A DNA stretch of 64,000 bases. It comes from Azolla caroliniana. Its lineage: Eukaryota; Plantae; Polypodiophyta. Positions 37,901-51,410 of the stretch are shown here, piece after piece (the first letter of the stretch is position 1; each line of letters opens with the position of its first letter). The DNA lies in NCBI GenBank assembly GCA_043228905.1, contig JBHGNT010000005.1, positions 434,001-498,000 of the forward strand. Direction: 5' to 3'. The translations under genes were made by a program, and so were the position numbers. The notes under the pieces are model-generated. The model was given only the letters and a program-made list of their open reading frames with translations. It searched no databases and had not been told where the DNA came from.

Positions 37901-39899
37901 ATATGTTAGTGACATGCCCCACTCTATTTTAATTTATTATTGCCACAAATTTAACCATGATCCGTTCTTATACTCTCAAAATTCTAAGGGCTATTTTTCT
38001 ATGTCAAAGAAATGAGAAACGAATTTTAAACAATTCGTTAAATGAAAACCAAATATCACATCACACGAACATTATGTATGTTATTCTCTTTGATTATTTC
38101 AGGGTACAATATAATTACTTATGCATCTTTCATAGGGATACACGCAAAGAACATCATGTTATATTGAGTATTCTAGGGTGGATATACAATTCAACCTCAA
38201 ATGAGATCATTATTAATAACATATTTTCAAGATTATATCCCACTCCCTCTAAAAAGATTAGGTATGTCCCATATTCGAGTGAAGCCCCTTATCATGAGCT
38301 TCAATTAACATCATATCCATCAGTTGGTTCACTCATTTCACTTGCTTTGCTTTTTTTGGCTTTATGTACAAACAAAACTGTTGAAATAGTGCCACTCCAT
38401 TACCAAACTCTTCATTGGGGCTTGTACGCCTGAAAACCTTTCGTAGACATTGTGCATAAACTAAGAGGAGGAGAGAAATTTATAAATATGACCTTATGAT
38501 GGCGATGTTTGCTTAAGTTGTGCACATTGTACTGTGTACATTCCTCTTGTGAATCTCAACATGCCCATACTAGGCAATGCTTATTCAATGCACCTTGATT
38601 CATAAAACTAGGACATAACTAATGCCTTCCTCCAACACATATATGCATTTATATATCCTTTTGAGCTTATAGTCTAGAGTCTAGACCATGCATTTGAAAT
38701 GAATTTTAGCATTTATGTTAATTGAAATTATAAATATTTGGAGCTTAGAGTGCGCTCAAGATTTAAGAAATGAGCAATGTTAAGTGTTTATGTTGAGTCG
38801 TGGTTACTCAAAAATATGTTCAAAATATCAAAAGTTGCAAAGGATGTGATTTTCATTTGTAAATAGCTTAAAGAATTGCATATTAATTAAAACATGTTAG
38901 TGACAATTTTGTGCATGAATATATTATGCAACAAATCGTGTCAATTTGTATGTTCCAAATTATATGTTTGTATTTGTGTCACCCATAGTATATGTTAGCA
39001 AAACAAGATTAAGAGTATATGTATACTAAGGAGGACCACGATAAAGAGTCATTTACTTGAATAGAATAACGATTCTAAAATATCATGTGTATAGTCATAT
39101 GTTGTGTATGAATTCATATAAAATATAGAATTTGGCATGATATTGAAATTAAGATTCATTATAGAGTTTGTATATACAATACAAGTTTAGGGATGAGTAC
39201 CCATCTAATGCGCTTGCTAACCATGTCCATATTTCGAGAATCGGATTTATTAAGTGAACTAATTATGGTCATGTGAAAGAAGATGGTCCCCAATTATAAT
39301 TTGCAATACAAAATCACTTATTTCCATACGAATTCTACCTCATGTTATTGAGCATGTCAAAATTCAACATACTCGTATTCACTTGTTCATTTCCAAATCT
39401 AGTGAGTTGCATGTTGCAACCATAGAAGAATGCCAAATTACTTCACAAAAGTAACAAATTTTTGCATGTTACACAATCACTTGAATGAAAAATAATCAGG
39501 TCCATTAAATAATCTTTGTGAAGTGTTAAGTTTGATAAATAGTTTTTACATGAGATAAATCGAGGAATTTAAATATATAGATAAACAACTTTACTACACG
39601 TCAACCGTGAAATACGATAAAATAATTCTCTTGTAAAAATGTCCCTATGTTTGGTTAGTGCAGTAAAACAATATAACTAACATTCAATTTCTCCTTTAGG
39701 AAATCTCATCACTTTTACTTTATTAATTGTGGTGTAAATATTGATAGTAGCTTGCATTGTTGTCTCATAGTTGGGTTCTAAACATATCCAAGGCACGTGG
39801 GCCATATTTGCAAATTGCACTTCATTTCTCTCTTTTCGATCACCTACCATCCCTCGATTTATAACTGGTGTTACATAGCATCAATACTAAAATGCACAA

Positions 39900-41960
39900 C
39901 AAATGCAATTTAGATATACATGTCACGTATTGGTCACCATAGGAACAAGACACAAACAAAGGTAGTTAGCAATCACCATCCACGCATGTGCGAAGGAGGA
40001 ATATACATGCATGAGATATGTTGTCGTGACCATCAATAATGCCATCGGTCGGCATGGCCATCTCATGGGCTCAAACATGGGAATGTACATCTTAAGGGTT
40101 TGAGAGGGGTTTGCACTACTTCCTCTTTCGAGGTAGGTTCGACATGACATGGATTGGTTGTGCCCCAAAAATGTTCAAGAAATACTTGTGTAAAGGAGGG
40201 AATGTAGGCCAGATTGGACGGAAATGGGTTGGAAGGTGGCAATGATCATCTTGAAAGTGAACACCATGACTAAAGCAACATATACATCTCATTTAAAAAG
40301 GAAGTTTGTTTTTTCTCGTGGTACTGGGCCACCATGCCTATTTGATTATATGTGCTAGTAAAGCCGTCCAGGAAACTATATAGTTCTTTGGGCCCATGAT
40401 TAAGAGGTCTCGAACATAAGGGCCATGGAAACATGTCTCGCATTGAGACGTGCCCACATTGAATTTACAAATGCCAATGTAGACCAGTATATTGTTCTTG
40501 TTTGGGGAAGACAACTATTTAGACTTAGCAATGTTTCCTTCTTCACCGAACAAATAAAACCAACCCTTGAGCGCTTTTCAATCTCCTCCTTTATTATCAA
40601 GGTAGTGCAATCCATGTTCGTGTGGTAATTGCAGCTGATTAATCTAGGGTCCAAACAATCTCAAGATGACTCTAATGTTGGTAGAATTGTGGATCTAACC
40701 TGTGCATATTCGCATACAACCATGCGAATCAATCTAGTTAATTATGGAAAATCTCAACTAGTTCCGGGTTTAACAGTTGGAGCGAGCCCCTTGCCAATGT
40801 AGATCGGCCTCTCTGCCTGAGATTTACTTTCTAACACCTTGATTATCTAAATGCATTTTGATGCGGTTACTTCATTCTCAAGTGTTTCTCATGTGTGTGA
40901 GCGAGTGGGAATGGAATCTTGGAGACAGTTTTGCCGAGGGAAAGCATGCTAATTGGTTGGTGTGGGTTGTTGATTAAAAGGTTGGGCAATATGGAGAATG
41001 TCGTCGAGCTTCAAGCACGGAATGATCTTCGGATAATCCCATGGAGTCAAGTTGAGGCTTCAACAAATTGTCTCACTTCATAACATTCCCCAAGCCATGG
41101 TCGACAATGTAACAATTGATTTGCGGTGTGATTCTCCGGGATTGCTCAGTTCATGATCTGTGGATTGGTGGGGTTTGATTGATGAATGGAACCATTGGCA
41201 CAAGCGACGGGATCTGATCATCCCCCCGAGGGCAATTGCATGTATACAATGGCTCATCATCTTGCGGTGTTGCATTTACCGAGTGCAAATGCGTCCTACT
41301 CCCTACTTTCCATCGCCATCCACTTGCGTATTCTCTCCTCGATGTTTGCTTAGTGAACCAAGTCTTGCGGTTGTTGGCGGCTCCGATCGATTGTGACCTA
41401 TCTAGACATTCATTTGCCAATGACTTTGATGATCACCTGTAGCACATATGTAGGGGAAATGCTTCTAAGTTGGTTGGGGTTGTAAACTGGCCTCGGGGGC
41501 TCAATGTGCATACCATGATGTGGAGGCTCTTGCTAGGTTGGTGAGCCATTGTGGCAAGGTCTCCAAAAAACAGCACTAGTCTTGCTAAGGTATATTCTTC
41601 CTTTTAATGTATTTCTAGATGGATATGCACATTTTTTGAAAGTTATTGTGGTGAATATGTCAATGGTTCGTGTTCCATTTCTAGTGTCAATGACTCGAGG
41701 TTTATGTGTGACATGATACCTTGGATTAATGGCACCACCAGAGAATTGTACTCTTGGTCTATCACGACATATTCCCCTTCTTTAAATCACATATAGCCTT
41801 TTCATGCCCAAAGAGACTCCGTGGTTGGATATCAAATGGTCATGGGTATATGATGAATGTTCAAGGGTGTCACATGCATGGATTGTGGAAGACCACAAAT
41901 AGGAAAAATCACACTATGCATAGCTTTCCTTTGATGCGGACAATTAACATACCTCGCCTA
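39900..41960 (-). mobile_element. Decayed LINE (L1-like) ORF2 3' remnant
   Basis: Higher-GC, coding-like, stop-riddled segment with Trp-rich fragments and RT-adjacent-like motifs (FSGGAINP, TLKGRIYLSK). The similarity is weak. Confidence 0.3.
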
Positions 41961-43659
41961 CCACTTGCTTGTAAATGAATACACTTAGTTTCATTAGTGG
42001 GCTTTTTTGTAGAACAATACATTTGGCTTTGTTTGTAGAAGTGGGGTTTGGGCAAAGATGGATCACTTTGTTGATAAAATGTTATCTTTATTGTTGATTA
42101 TTTTAATCAAACAAATATTTGGAGTTGTGATTTGTACATAACAAAAAATATGGTTGGTGATACCAAATTACCTGTGATGGCTCCATGATCTACACGATTA
42201 TTAAAATGATTGGTGGCTACAAGTTTGTTTAAGCAGCCAATGGCCAAAAGGGAAGAACAAAACTCATCACCCATTTGTGAAATGAATGAAGATTTGGAAT
42301 CTAAAGTAACGAATTCAATCTTAGTTGTCTACTTAAAAAAACAGTTTGTACATGCTAGTTGACAGTTGTAATCAATAAATTTTCATAGTATAAGTACACA
42401 ACTTTTTACTACAGTTTCATAAGCATTATAATTTATAATCAAGTAAGCCAAGAATAATAAAAATATAGAGAAGTATTCCAGCCTATGCTTTTGTGGAACC
42501 ATCAACTTGTGATAGATCATAGGGGATGTTGGTAAGGGAAATAATAACAATATGTGGAACTATGAGCCAAATGAAGAAGGATTTTCAAGTGTTAAAGGAC
42601 ACAAAGGAAGAGGTGGAGAAAATGACAAAGGAAATAGCACTAGAGATACATGAACCTTGGTTGTCAACTGTAGTATATTTGAATCAATGAGATGAACTAC
42701 ATGGTACTGAGGCAACAACAAATTCCAACCCCTAAAATGATTAACTCAAAGTGAACTATGAATTCAAGGTATTAAGTCAAATGTTGGAACATAGAACTAA
42801 TAAGAGGAGCAACAACAATGAGGTAAATAGTTTGTTTTCCAAATATCAAATTTTATTTTGAGGATTGTTTATCTTAGGAGCCGGGACCAAGGACACATGG
42901 GAACATATGGAGGTTGATGAGCCTAAAGAGTTGTGCTATGTAAAGTGGACGACCTACTCCCTTCGTTAAGAGATCTTGAGACTCTATTTGTGAGGGATGA
43001 CCCTCTTACTTTGGACGTGATATGGAGTGTGGATGGTAATTTGTGTTCATCTCTTCTCCATCACTCGCAGTTTGTTTGTGTGGTTAAGCACCCTTAAAAC
43101 TATTATTTTCTTGATCATAAAATTCATTACTTGTCATTATATTTTATTTACAATATCTAAATTATGATTAAACAATCCTATATTTTTGTCACGAACATGA
43201 CAACGGTCATCGTTGTCATGTCAAGATTCAAACTCGTGACCTCTTTTGTTATAATCAAGTGTTTGGGTTAACCAACATGTCCAATCTATAATCATATATA
43301 TAATTGTTCATTGCATAATTGCTCCATTGTATTATTCACACTTGGCACATGCATGCGTACATACATGCTCTAGTGTATCACATGTGCGCAACATGCATGC
43401 ATGACGCTTAGTATAAATATTTGAGTTCACCTTGAATGAATTAAAGGTGAACAACACCAGTTAATGATACTTGCCCTTAGCTTGTTAATCGTGTCTCGCT
43501 TGTTAATCGTGTCTCGCTTGTCAATAATGTCTTTGTAGCGCTTTTAGGCTTGTCGATTGCATCCTTATAGTATCCTTGTGGCTTTGATTCTTCTGTCCTT
43601 AAACATTTGTTCACCTTCCTCTTCACTCTCTCCCCCTCTTCGCTAACCACACATCGTCC

Positions 43660-45647
43660 TAGAAGGGTCGTGCCAAGTTTGCATTCTAACTGAATGCCAC
43701 GATGGTTCACTTGTGGGCCATTTTGGGGTCACCAATACTTTAGAACTGATCTCTAAGACCTATTGGTGGCTTCAAATGTGGAAGCTAGTGAAAGACTTCA
43801 TCAAGACTTGTGATATCTTTGCTTGATCTAAAACAACCTATCATCACCCGTATGGATTGCTTCAACCTCTCCCACTACCGAATCGGCCATGGTCATCCAT
43901 TTCTATGGACTTCATCACCGACTTGCCACTATCTGAAGGACATGACTCCATCTTGGTAGTCGTGGACCGATTTACCAAAATGGCACATTTTATACCATGT
44001 TCCAAAGCCATCTCAGGCTTAGAGACAACGAATCTAATCTTGGCGAATGTTGTGCGCCTCCATGGGTTGCCTGATGACATCGTCTCCGATCGTGGTGCCC
44101 CATTTATTTCCCATTTTTGGAAACGTCTCTTCCATATTCTGGGTACCACCTCCAAGTTATCGACGACATTCCATCCACAAACTGACGGGCAGACAAAACG
44201 CATCAATCAGGTACTAGAGCAATATCTTTGATTGTGTGGTGAGTTACAAACAAGATGATTGAACTATGTTCCTCCCATTGGCTGAATTTGCTTATAATAA
44301 CAACCTTCATTCATCCATCGACGCCTCCTCATTCTTTGCCAACTTTGGTTCCAACCTCACTTCAACATATCCCTCCCCTCTGGTTCGGTGAACCCCTCGG
44401 CTGAAGAGCGGGCGCGTCGTCTAAAAGAAATCCACCAAGATCTAACTCTTGAGCTCGTTAATGCGCAAGACTGACAAAAGGCAACGATCAACCATCTATA
44501 GGCTCCGGCGTCCAACTTTCAAGTAGGTGACAAGGTTTCGCTACTACGATGCAATATTACAACCACTCGTCCATGTGCCAAGCTAGATTACACAAATTTG
44601 GGCCCCTTTCGCATCTCCGAGTGTATCAATCTTGTGGTATATCGGCTCGACCTTACTCCCCACTATCGCATCCATGACATTTTTCATGTATCTCTCTTGG
44701 AGGTTTACCATCCCTTTGTACTTCCCGGTGTCACGGAAATATGCGTGAATGTGTCGGAACGAGCTACGACCACCAGGGTCTCGAACCAAAGAGCCGGCGA
44801 GAGAAGAAAGGTTGTCTGGATCTTCCCGGATAACTCCTCCGGATGAGTTTCCGAACATGAACCCAATCCGGTCTGATCCCTAGATGCCAAACGGTGAATG
44901 CATGGCTCGAAGACACGTATCGTTCCGAACTTGTCGCCGGATAGCAGCAATGAGATCACGGGCTCACTCGCTCGAGTACACAAACTCAACAGGAACAAAA
45001 CAAAGACAAGCACACGGAAACCCAAACGCACAGAGAGACTCAATAACTAATGATTAACGAAGAACATAAATATTACAACCGAACGCGGTCGGCAAGAAGA
45101 GCTTCACGCTTGCTACACGCACGCACATCAACAAGCCTCCGATGGAGATCACACATGCTACCTGCACGAAACGGAGGCCTCATAGCACGACGACAGGAAA
45201 ACAGAAGATAGAGAATGGAAGGAAGCCTACAGAGCTCGGTCCGGCAACACTTCATTCTCCAATCGATGGATCCCCAAAACAGTTCAAAGCCTCCCCTTTT
45301 ATAGAACAAGGGGAGGCCATTACATCATGTTTAAGATTGTTGAGAATCAAGCTCTACTTGGTCTAGTGTGTGAACTCACCTTGAGATTGAAGAGACACTC
45401 CAACGGTCAAGAGTCACCATTATGTCACCACTTTGTATTCTAGCATTTAGTATGAGTCATAGAATCATATTCTATGACACATAACTTATGAGCTTTCACA
45501 TTCCCCATGCTCCATGAGCCTTGTAGTTAATGAAGAGAGAGGGTGACTACATAAAGCACCCTCCTCCCACCTTGTAAAATGTTGAGTCTTTCTCCATTGC
45601 TAATATACTTTATCTTGCGTATTCTTTGTGTATTACTCCTTGTCTCT

Positions 45648-45691
<44 letters not shown>

Positions 45692-46110
45692 CACACACAG
45701 TTCACACCTATTTCCGCTTCACAAGAATCCATCTCTTGATTCTTTACAAAGACAACCAATTCTGTCAGCAATTCTCCCTCAGTTTGCTCCCCCACACATG
45801 CTTTATTCGTCTCTTTTCATGGGACATTAAAGTACCCATCAAATCCTACTACCTAGTACTTACCAATCCTATGTTATTTACATATGTTTGTACATAAGGA
45901 CAACTTTGTGCGCATCCATGCACACCCCCATTCCCGCGCTCTCCGGCTCCCTTTTTCCCAATAGCTGGAGTCCGGCGATGAGTATGAAGTTGAAGAAATC
46001 CTCGATCCAAGCTTCTACGTCGAAAACTCTATTATTTGGTATGTTGGAAAGGATACACCTGATATTTGAAGCTAATTGGGAACCTCACCAAGGCAGTTCG
46101 TGATTTCCGT
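43660..46110 (+). mobile_element. Ty3/gypsy (chromovirus-type) integrase + chromodomain pseudogene, interrupted at 44729-45936
   Basis: Zn-finger region HDGSLVGHFG..YWW...CD, core [14 protein letters not shown]...[30 protein letters not shown] module GPFRI...IHDIFHVSLLEVYHP. After the insertion it resumes with RSPAP...GDEYEVEEILD...RRKLYYLVCWKGY..EANWEP (chromodomain). Stops and frameshifts are present. Confidence 0.9.
44729..45500 (-). mobile_element. LTR (~772 bp) inserted in the gypsy integrase
   Basis: TG...CA termini. On the minus strand a purine tract (atggggaa) immediately precedes TGTGAAAG, and there is a TATA (TATAAAAGGGGAGG) at ~45290-45303. The first ~50 nt are homologous to 46821-46868. 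Confidence 0.7.
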
Positions 46111-46893
46111 CTTCATTATCCACACAATGGAATTCTAATGCATCTAAACAAGATCTTGAAGAGTTAAAGGACACAATGGAAAGGGTAGATAACCGGACTG
46201 AAAGAAAGAGGAACACTTGCCTAGGTTGTATTATGTCCAATAAATGAAATGGACAATCTGATTTACAAGCAAAGGTGAATTGCAACCCAACTAGGACTAA
46301 CTCATTGTAGAAGATTGAATTCTATTTCAATGATCATTGGGAGGATATTCTATGTTGGCATTTTGACGATTGCACCTTACTAATTAGCTAAACTTAAAGA
46401 GGAACCATAGAAAACAAAGAATTTGTTGCTCTTACAAAGTTGGTCCATGGTGCATGTCAAGTGTTAACCTATGAATTAATGTATTTTGAACTTACAATGT
46501 AAATAGTAGGTATGTAAATACAAGAGTATAACAAACACCGAGTGATTAGAACATCATACTGTTTGAATGGATTGAATTATTAGTTGTGACTCATGAATTT
46601 TCATTTTGCAAAGTTACATCAAGCATGTTGAAGACATGCAAGTCACAACCGAGATTACATCAAGAAATATACTAACAAAGTTCTTATATTATTTATTGTG
46701 TCAATATGATGTACTAAACAAGCAAATTTGTTATTAGAGATTATAACGACAACACTTGGTTCAACGAATTTAATTGAGCCAAAACCTCACATTCCAGTTA
46801 TGTATGTCATTATATGACGTTGTCGCGGTATTCCGCGTGCACGTGTCGGATCGGGTGGGACCACCAGGACGAGATGGATGCTGGGAGACCGAC

Positions 46894-47655
46894 TGTTGGG
46901 AGACAGGTCCCTCCGGATGGGAAGGGAGAAGAACAGTGCCGACGAACAATCTCGGCCGAGGCCGAAATCAGAAGAGGAGTACCCGGCTACGGAGAGCCGG
47001 ATGATACAGACCCGGTATGAACCGGATGAGGAGTACCTGGCTACGGAGAGCCGGATGGTGCAGACCCGGTATGAACCGGATGAGGAGTACCCGGCTACGG
47101 AGAGCCGGATGATACAGACCCGGTATGAACCGGATGAGGAGTACCCGGCTACGGAGAGCCGGATGGTGCAGACCCGGTATGAACCGGATGAAGAGACATA
47201 TTCGTAAATATGTTTCTGAGAGTCCATCGAGGCTATATTTGTAAATAGCCGAAAAGTCATATTAGTATAAATATGACTTAGGGCAAACTTTTAGTACAAT
47301 TGTAGTTGTTATTATTCTTGTTGGTGCAAGAAGAAGAAGTGTGAGCACGTAACATTGTACAGAGAGAGAGAGAGAGAGAAAGAGGTCGTTGCCTCTGTTG
47401 TAACCGCCGCCTGTGGCGAAGATCTGTGAGCACGAGGTCATTGCCTCAGTGAACTCACTGTTGTACATTCTTACATAGTGACAGTTTGCAGCCTGTGGGC
47501 TGCTGTGGTTTTTTCCCCTAGTTTGGGGTTTTCCACGTAAACCTCCTGTGTATTCTCTTCTTCTTTGTGTCGCGTTTTATTTCCCGTTTTCTATGTATGA
47601 AAAGAAGCTCGGTTGTGGCCGAGCGTTGTGCATAAAGAGCGTTGAGTTCCCGACA
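46894..47655 (+). mobile_element. Nested solo LTR (762 bp) with 5-bp TSD CCGAC
   Basis: Termini TGTTGGGA...TCCCGACA. CCGAC flanks both ends (46889-46893 and 47656-47660). TATAAATA at ~47265 and U5-like GGTTTTCCACGTAAA at ~47527. Confidence 0.85.
46974..47189. repeat. 54 bp tandem repeat x4 in the U3 of the nested LTR
   Basis: gaggagtacc(c/t)ggctacggagagccggatg(ata/gtg)cagacccggtatgaaccggat occurs four times. Confidence 0.95.
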
Positions 47656-47725
47656 CCGACTTTGTCCAAAACGGGTTGCACTGGATGTGGCGCAAGCTGG
47701 TGCGATTCTGGACACGTTCCAAACC

Positions 47726-47770
<45 letters not shown>

Positions 47771-49427
47771 ATACGCACGACACCCACTCAACACACGCTA
47801 CTTATGTACAAAAGCAAAAAGAAAGAAAGGCACCCAACACCAACAGAAACACAAATATGCACAACTTCTTATGAATGTATATACAAGACCACAAATTTAC
47901 AATGCCGGTTTCGAGCCGGTCCAGTACCGAGCATGTACAACAATAGTCCACATGCAAGCACCAGTCGGGGAGCATTTGGGCTAGCTTACACGAGTGGAAG
48001 TCTTGTACTGAAGACGGGCCTTCTTGCCGAAGTGCAACAGTTGTCTGCCGCCAAGCCGCTAGTCGGGGAGCACTCGGGCTCGCCTATGTGAGTGGGGACT
48101 TGCATTGGAGATAGAGCTACGAACAGAAACCCTCAGAGCATACGAGCTCTAAACCCGACTAAACCCTAGCCAAGAAGAGAGATAGGATCCCAAAGAAACC
48201 CTAAATTGCCACTCCAAGAAGAACACCCAAAAGAAAGAAGAGGAAGAAGAAAGCTACCAAAATGAAACCCTAAAACGAAATAGGGTGAAGGAGACCAAAG
48301 TAGAAACCCTAAGAAAATAAGAATAAGAGAAAACTGCCTAGCCCTAAATCTAACGGTATACCCTCCTAACTTAAAATGGGCAACCCCTTTACAAGCGACC
48401 CCTCCCTCCGTTTATAGGCCAAGGAGGGAAGGACATTACAATGTGGGATAAATCCCCTGTTACATGGGATACTCTGTCCCGTTTTTACTCCTATTCGGTG
48501 CCTTCAAGACGCCCACTACCTTTGTACAATTTTACAAGAGGGAGTGAATCTTCCCTCGTTTTCACACTGTGGCCGTGAATCCTCACGACAACGTCAACCA
48601 TTCATGAAAATCACCATCACGATAGGAATGAACTAGAAACTTGTATTTGTTAGTCTTATACTAAACATTGCCTCCTATACTTATCCACCATGTTGAAACA
48701 ACCCCTTGGTCCATAACTCAAACTCATTCTACAATCACGATTCACATCATTTCTCATTAATGTTATGAAAGTGTTTCGAGGTCACATCCATCACTACTGG
48801 TTGTATCATGTGCAGAAGAAGACATTCAAGGATATATGTCAAGAGACGGTGATTCAACAAGGGGACAAGCTACAATTGGAATTTGTTGATGAGTTAATGC
48901 AATGTACATTCGATACAAATGGTTCACGTGATGTTGAAACTTTAAGGACCCTCATCGAGACGCCATGAATCCTAACAAACACCACATATCCTCATCGAGA
49001 CCCCACGAAATAGTTTTGAACATTCACGATCGTCGTCCAAACCTCATGAAACATTTGAGATCGTCATCGAAACCCACGAAACACTATTTAGACATTCGGG
49101 ATCCTTGTCTAAGCCTTGTGAAACATTCAGGATCCAAACCCCCCATCCCATGAGAACATTCAGGGTCCGTGTCCAAACCCCATGATTTTGGACAATCGTC
49201 ATACTAAATGTCCAGTCGGATCAAAATATGCATGTCCATCCGGTCACAGGGGAAGATCTACGGAGGTCTTGATTTGTCCATTGATTAGAACGGAAAAAGA
49301 ATGAAGCCCCTTCTTCATTGATTATATGTATACATACATATACATATATGTTCTCTTCATACATACTTCATCAATCTTATCCGCTTTCTCAGAAATACAC
49401 AGCGGCAACGAAGGAGCTCCAGAGCTT

Positions 49428-50168
49428 ATGGCTATGGCGATGCCTGCATTTTCTTCCTCCTCTCCCTCCTCTCTGTCCGAGAATCCCCCTTCCTCTCTGC
49501 GCTCCTCCTTCTTCACCTCTCCATCTTCTTCGTCGCTGTGGTCTCAACATCCGTCCTCGTCCTCGTCGTCCTTATGCTCTCCATCCAGGATCCTGCGCGT
49601 GGATATGGCGATCAACAGGAAGAAGAAAGAAGCTACTGTGGAGAAGGTGAAAGAGAACCTCGAAAGTTCATATCTCGTCGCAGGTATCAAATTCACAGGT
49701 CTTACAGTTAAGCAGATGCAAGAGATACGAAGGAAGCTTCCCGAAACAGTGAGTTTGACAGTGGCGAAGAACACCCTGGTAGGGAAAGCCATAGAAGGAA
49801 CGCCATGGGAGGCATTGAAGCCATGTCTGAAGGGGATGAACGCATGGATGTTTATAAAGACAGAAGAGATACCTGCTGCCCTGAAGCCATACAGAGATAT
49901 GCAGAAGGAGATGAAGCTTGACTCGAACGATTTCACAGGAGCCGTGTTTGAAGGGAAATTCTACCCTCCTGAGGACATGAAGATTCTTGAGACCATGCCA
50001 TCAAGGGCAGAGATCTATGCGAAACTTCTGGGTAGCTTGAAAGCTCCTGCTTCCAGCCTCGTTACAACCCTTCAAGCTCCATCAAGAGAGCTCGTGCTCA
50101 CTTTGAAGGCTTATGTGCAGAAACTCGAAGAAGAAGAGAAGAACGCTTCTAGTGCACCCTCGTCTTAA
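49428..50168 (+). CDS. RPL10: 50S ribosomal protein L10, chloroplastic (intronless)
   Basis: Ser-rich transit peptide (MAMAMPAFSSSSPSS...), then AINRKKKEATVEKVK, GLTVKQMQEIRRKLP, VAKNTLVGKAIEGTPWE, LETMPSRAEIYAKLLGSL. Confidence 0.95.
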   Translation: MAMAMPAFSSSSPSSLSENPPSSLRSSFFTSPSSSSLWSQHPSSSSSSLCSPSRILRVDMAINRKKKEATVEKVKENLESSYLVAGIKFTGLTVKQMQEIRRKLPETVSLTVAKNTLVGKAIEGTPWEALKPCLKGMNAWMFIKTEEIPAALKPYRDMQKEMKLDSNDFTGAVFEGKFYPPEDMKILETMPSRAEIYAKLLGSLKAPASSLVTTLQAPSRELVLTLKAYVQKLEEEEKNASSAPSS

Positions 50169-51059
50169 AGGCTACACGAGAAGTCTTGAACTTCATAGCG
50201 TTTCTTCTATGTTTCCGGTTCCTTTTTTCCCCTTTCTTCCTCCCATCCTTTGAAAGCCTTGTTCTAACTGTATTTCTTTGATTATTACCAGAATATTGTT
50301 GTGGCTCTTCGGTAATTGGAAGCCTAGGGTTTCTGCGAAAGAGTGTGCAAGCGAGAGAAACAGACAGACAGAGAGAGAGAGAGAGAGAGTGATATGCAGA
50401 ATTCATTGTTTTTTAAACCTTGTTTGGTGCTAGCTAATGGATGTTCCAGGAAAAAAATCGCAGTTTGTGCACACAAAAGGTTTGTCTAATGGAGTATCTA
50501 TAAGAATTGACTGTTAAAACTGTAATCGTGATTGATGCTAGCAAAATGCTTCATTAAAAACCCTCGGAATCCGACATCTGTCTGTGAGGGAAGCCAAGTC
50601 TTTGTGTTGCAGAGGAGAAACCAATCCAGTCTTTTGCAAAGACCGTAGCCTATATCTGCAAAGTTTTTTTTTTTTTTTGTTGAATGAAGGGTTGAATTCA
50701 CATAGCTTTTTTTCCAGTCTTCTGGAATTTACATAGTCTTTTTTTTCCAGTCTGCTCAATATTCAATTAATCCCAAGTTTTTTAGTGCCTATGAGCGTGT
50801 GTCCATCAATGTGATAGCACATCTAGCTTGCATAGGGTATTAGCTTGTTTATCGATCTCTAACACCCCCATTTATTTTCCCTATATTCAGATATAATACG
50901 GCTTCAATAGTATGTCGACTTCACCCAATCTTGATCAATGTGATTAACACTTCTAGCCCTCTTTGATGTGGATATGAGCTTGGGCATCTACCAAATGCGC
51001 CTTTATTTTCCTAATATTGAGAAGTAACATGGCTCCAATGGTACTAAAACAACTTGTTT

Positions 51060-51410
51060 CTATGTTGGATTATCCTTAATTTCATATGAATGGCTTTCAA
51101 TTGTGTTGGTAATCTGAGTTTTTAACTTCACCCTTTGAATTGTGTTGGAAGTCTTCTTTAACAACGACAATCCGACTTCTTTAAGTCGGCTTTCTTTCAT
51201 TATTACCCACAGAGAAAGGAGATTATCAATGCTATTGTGTTTTGGTCGGTAGGTTGCCTGTCCCAGAGCCTCCCTTCCAGTGTTTTTCAACCTAGTCTCT
51301 CCAATCTGATGTTCAACAATGCTACCAGGAAATTCAGCCATACATGATCTAATCATGATCATGTGGTCCTTGGTTGTCTGATTTCTATTTCCTCCTTTGT
51401 ATGGCATTTT
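51060..51410 (-). mobile_element. LINE reverse-transcriptase fragment (degenerate)
   Basis: PYKGG...IMIRSCMA..GSIVE...ALGQATYRPKHNSIDNLLSLWVIMKESRLK resembles non-LTR RT subdomains (YR.I.I..., GQAGFR..HS.IDH). Confidence 0.7.

Larger units (their letters stand above)
46821..48590 (-). mobile_element. Solo LTR (~1.0 kb after removing the nested LTR) with 4-bp TSD ACGT
   Basis: Termini TGTCGCG...CACGACA. ACGT flanks both ends (46817-46820 and 48591-48594). Minus-strand TATA (CCTATAAAC) at ~48410-48418. Confidence 0.75.

Noticed and set aside
46774-48091. Several overlapping 60-157 aa ORFs
   Set aside because: They arise from GC-rich LTR sequence, the 54-bp repeat and an AG microsatellite, and contain no protein motifs.
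49326-49427. In-frame N-terminal extension of RPL10 from the ORF track
   Set aside because: It begins in a TA/CA microsatellite-like tract. The transit peptide clearly starts at MAMAMP (49428), so this is probably 5' UTR.
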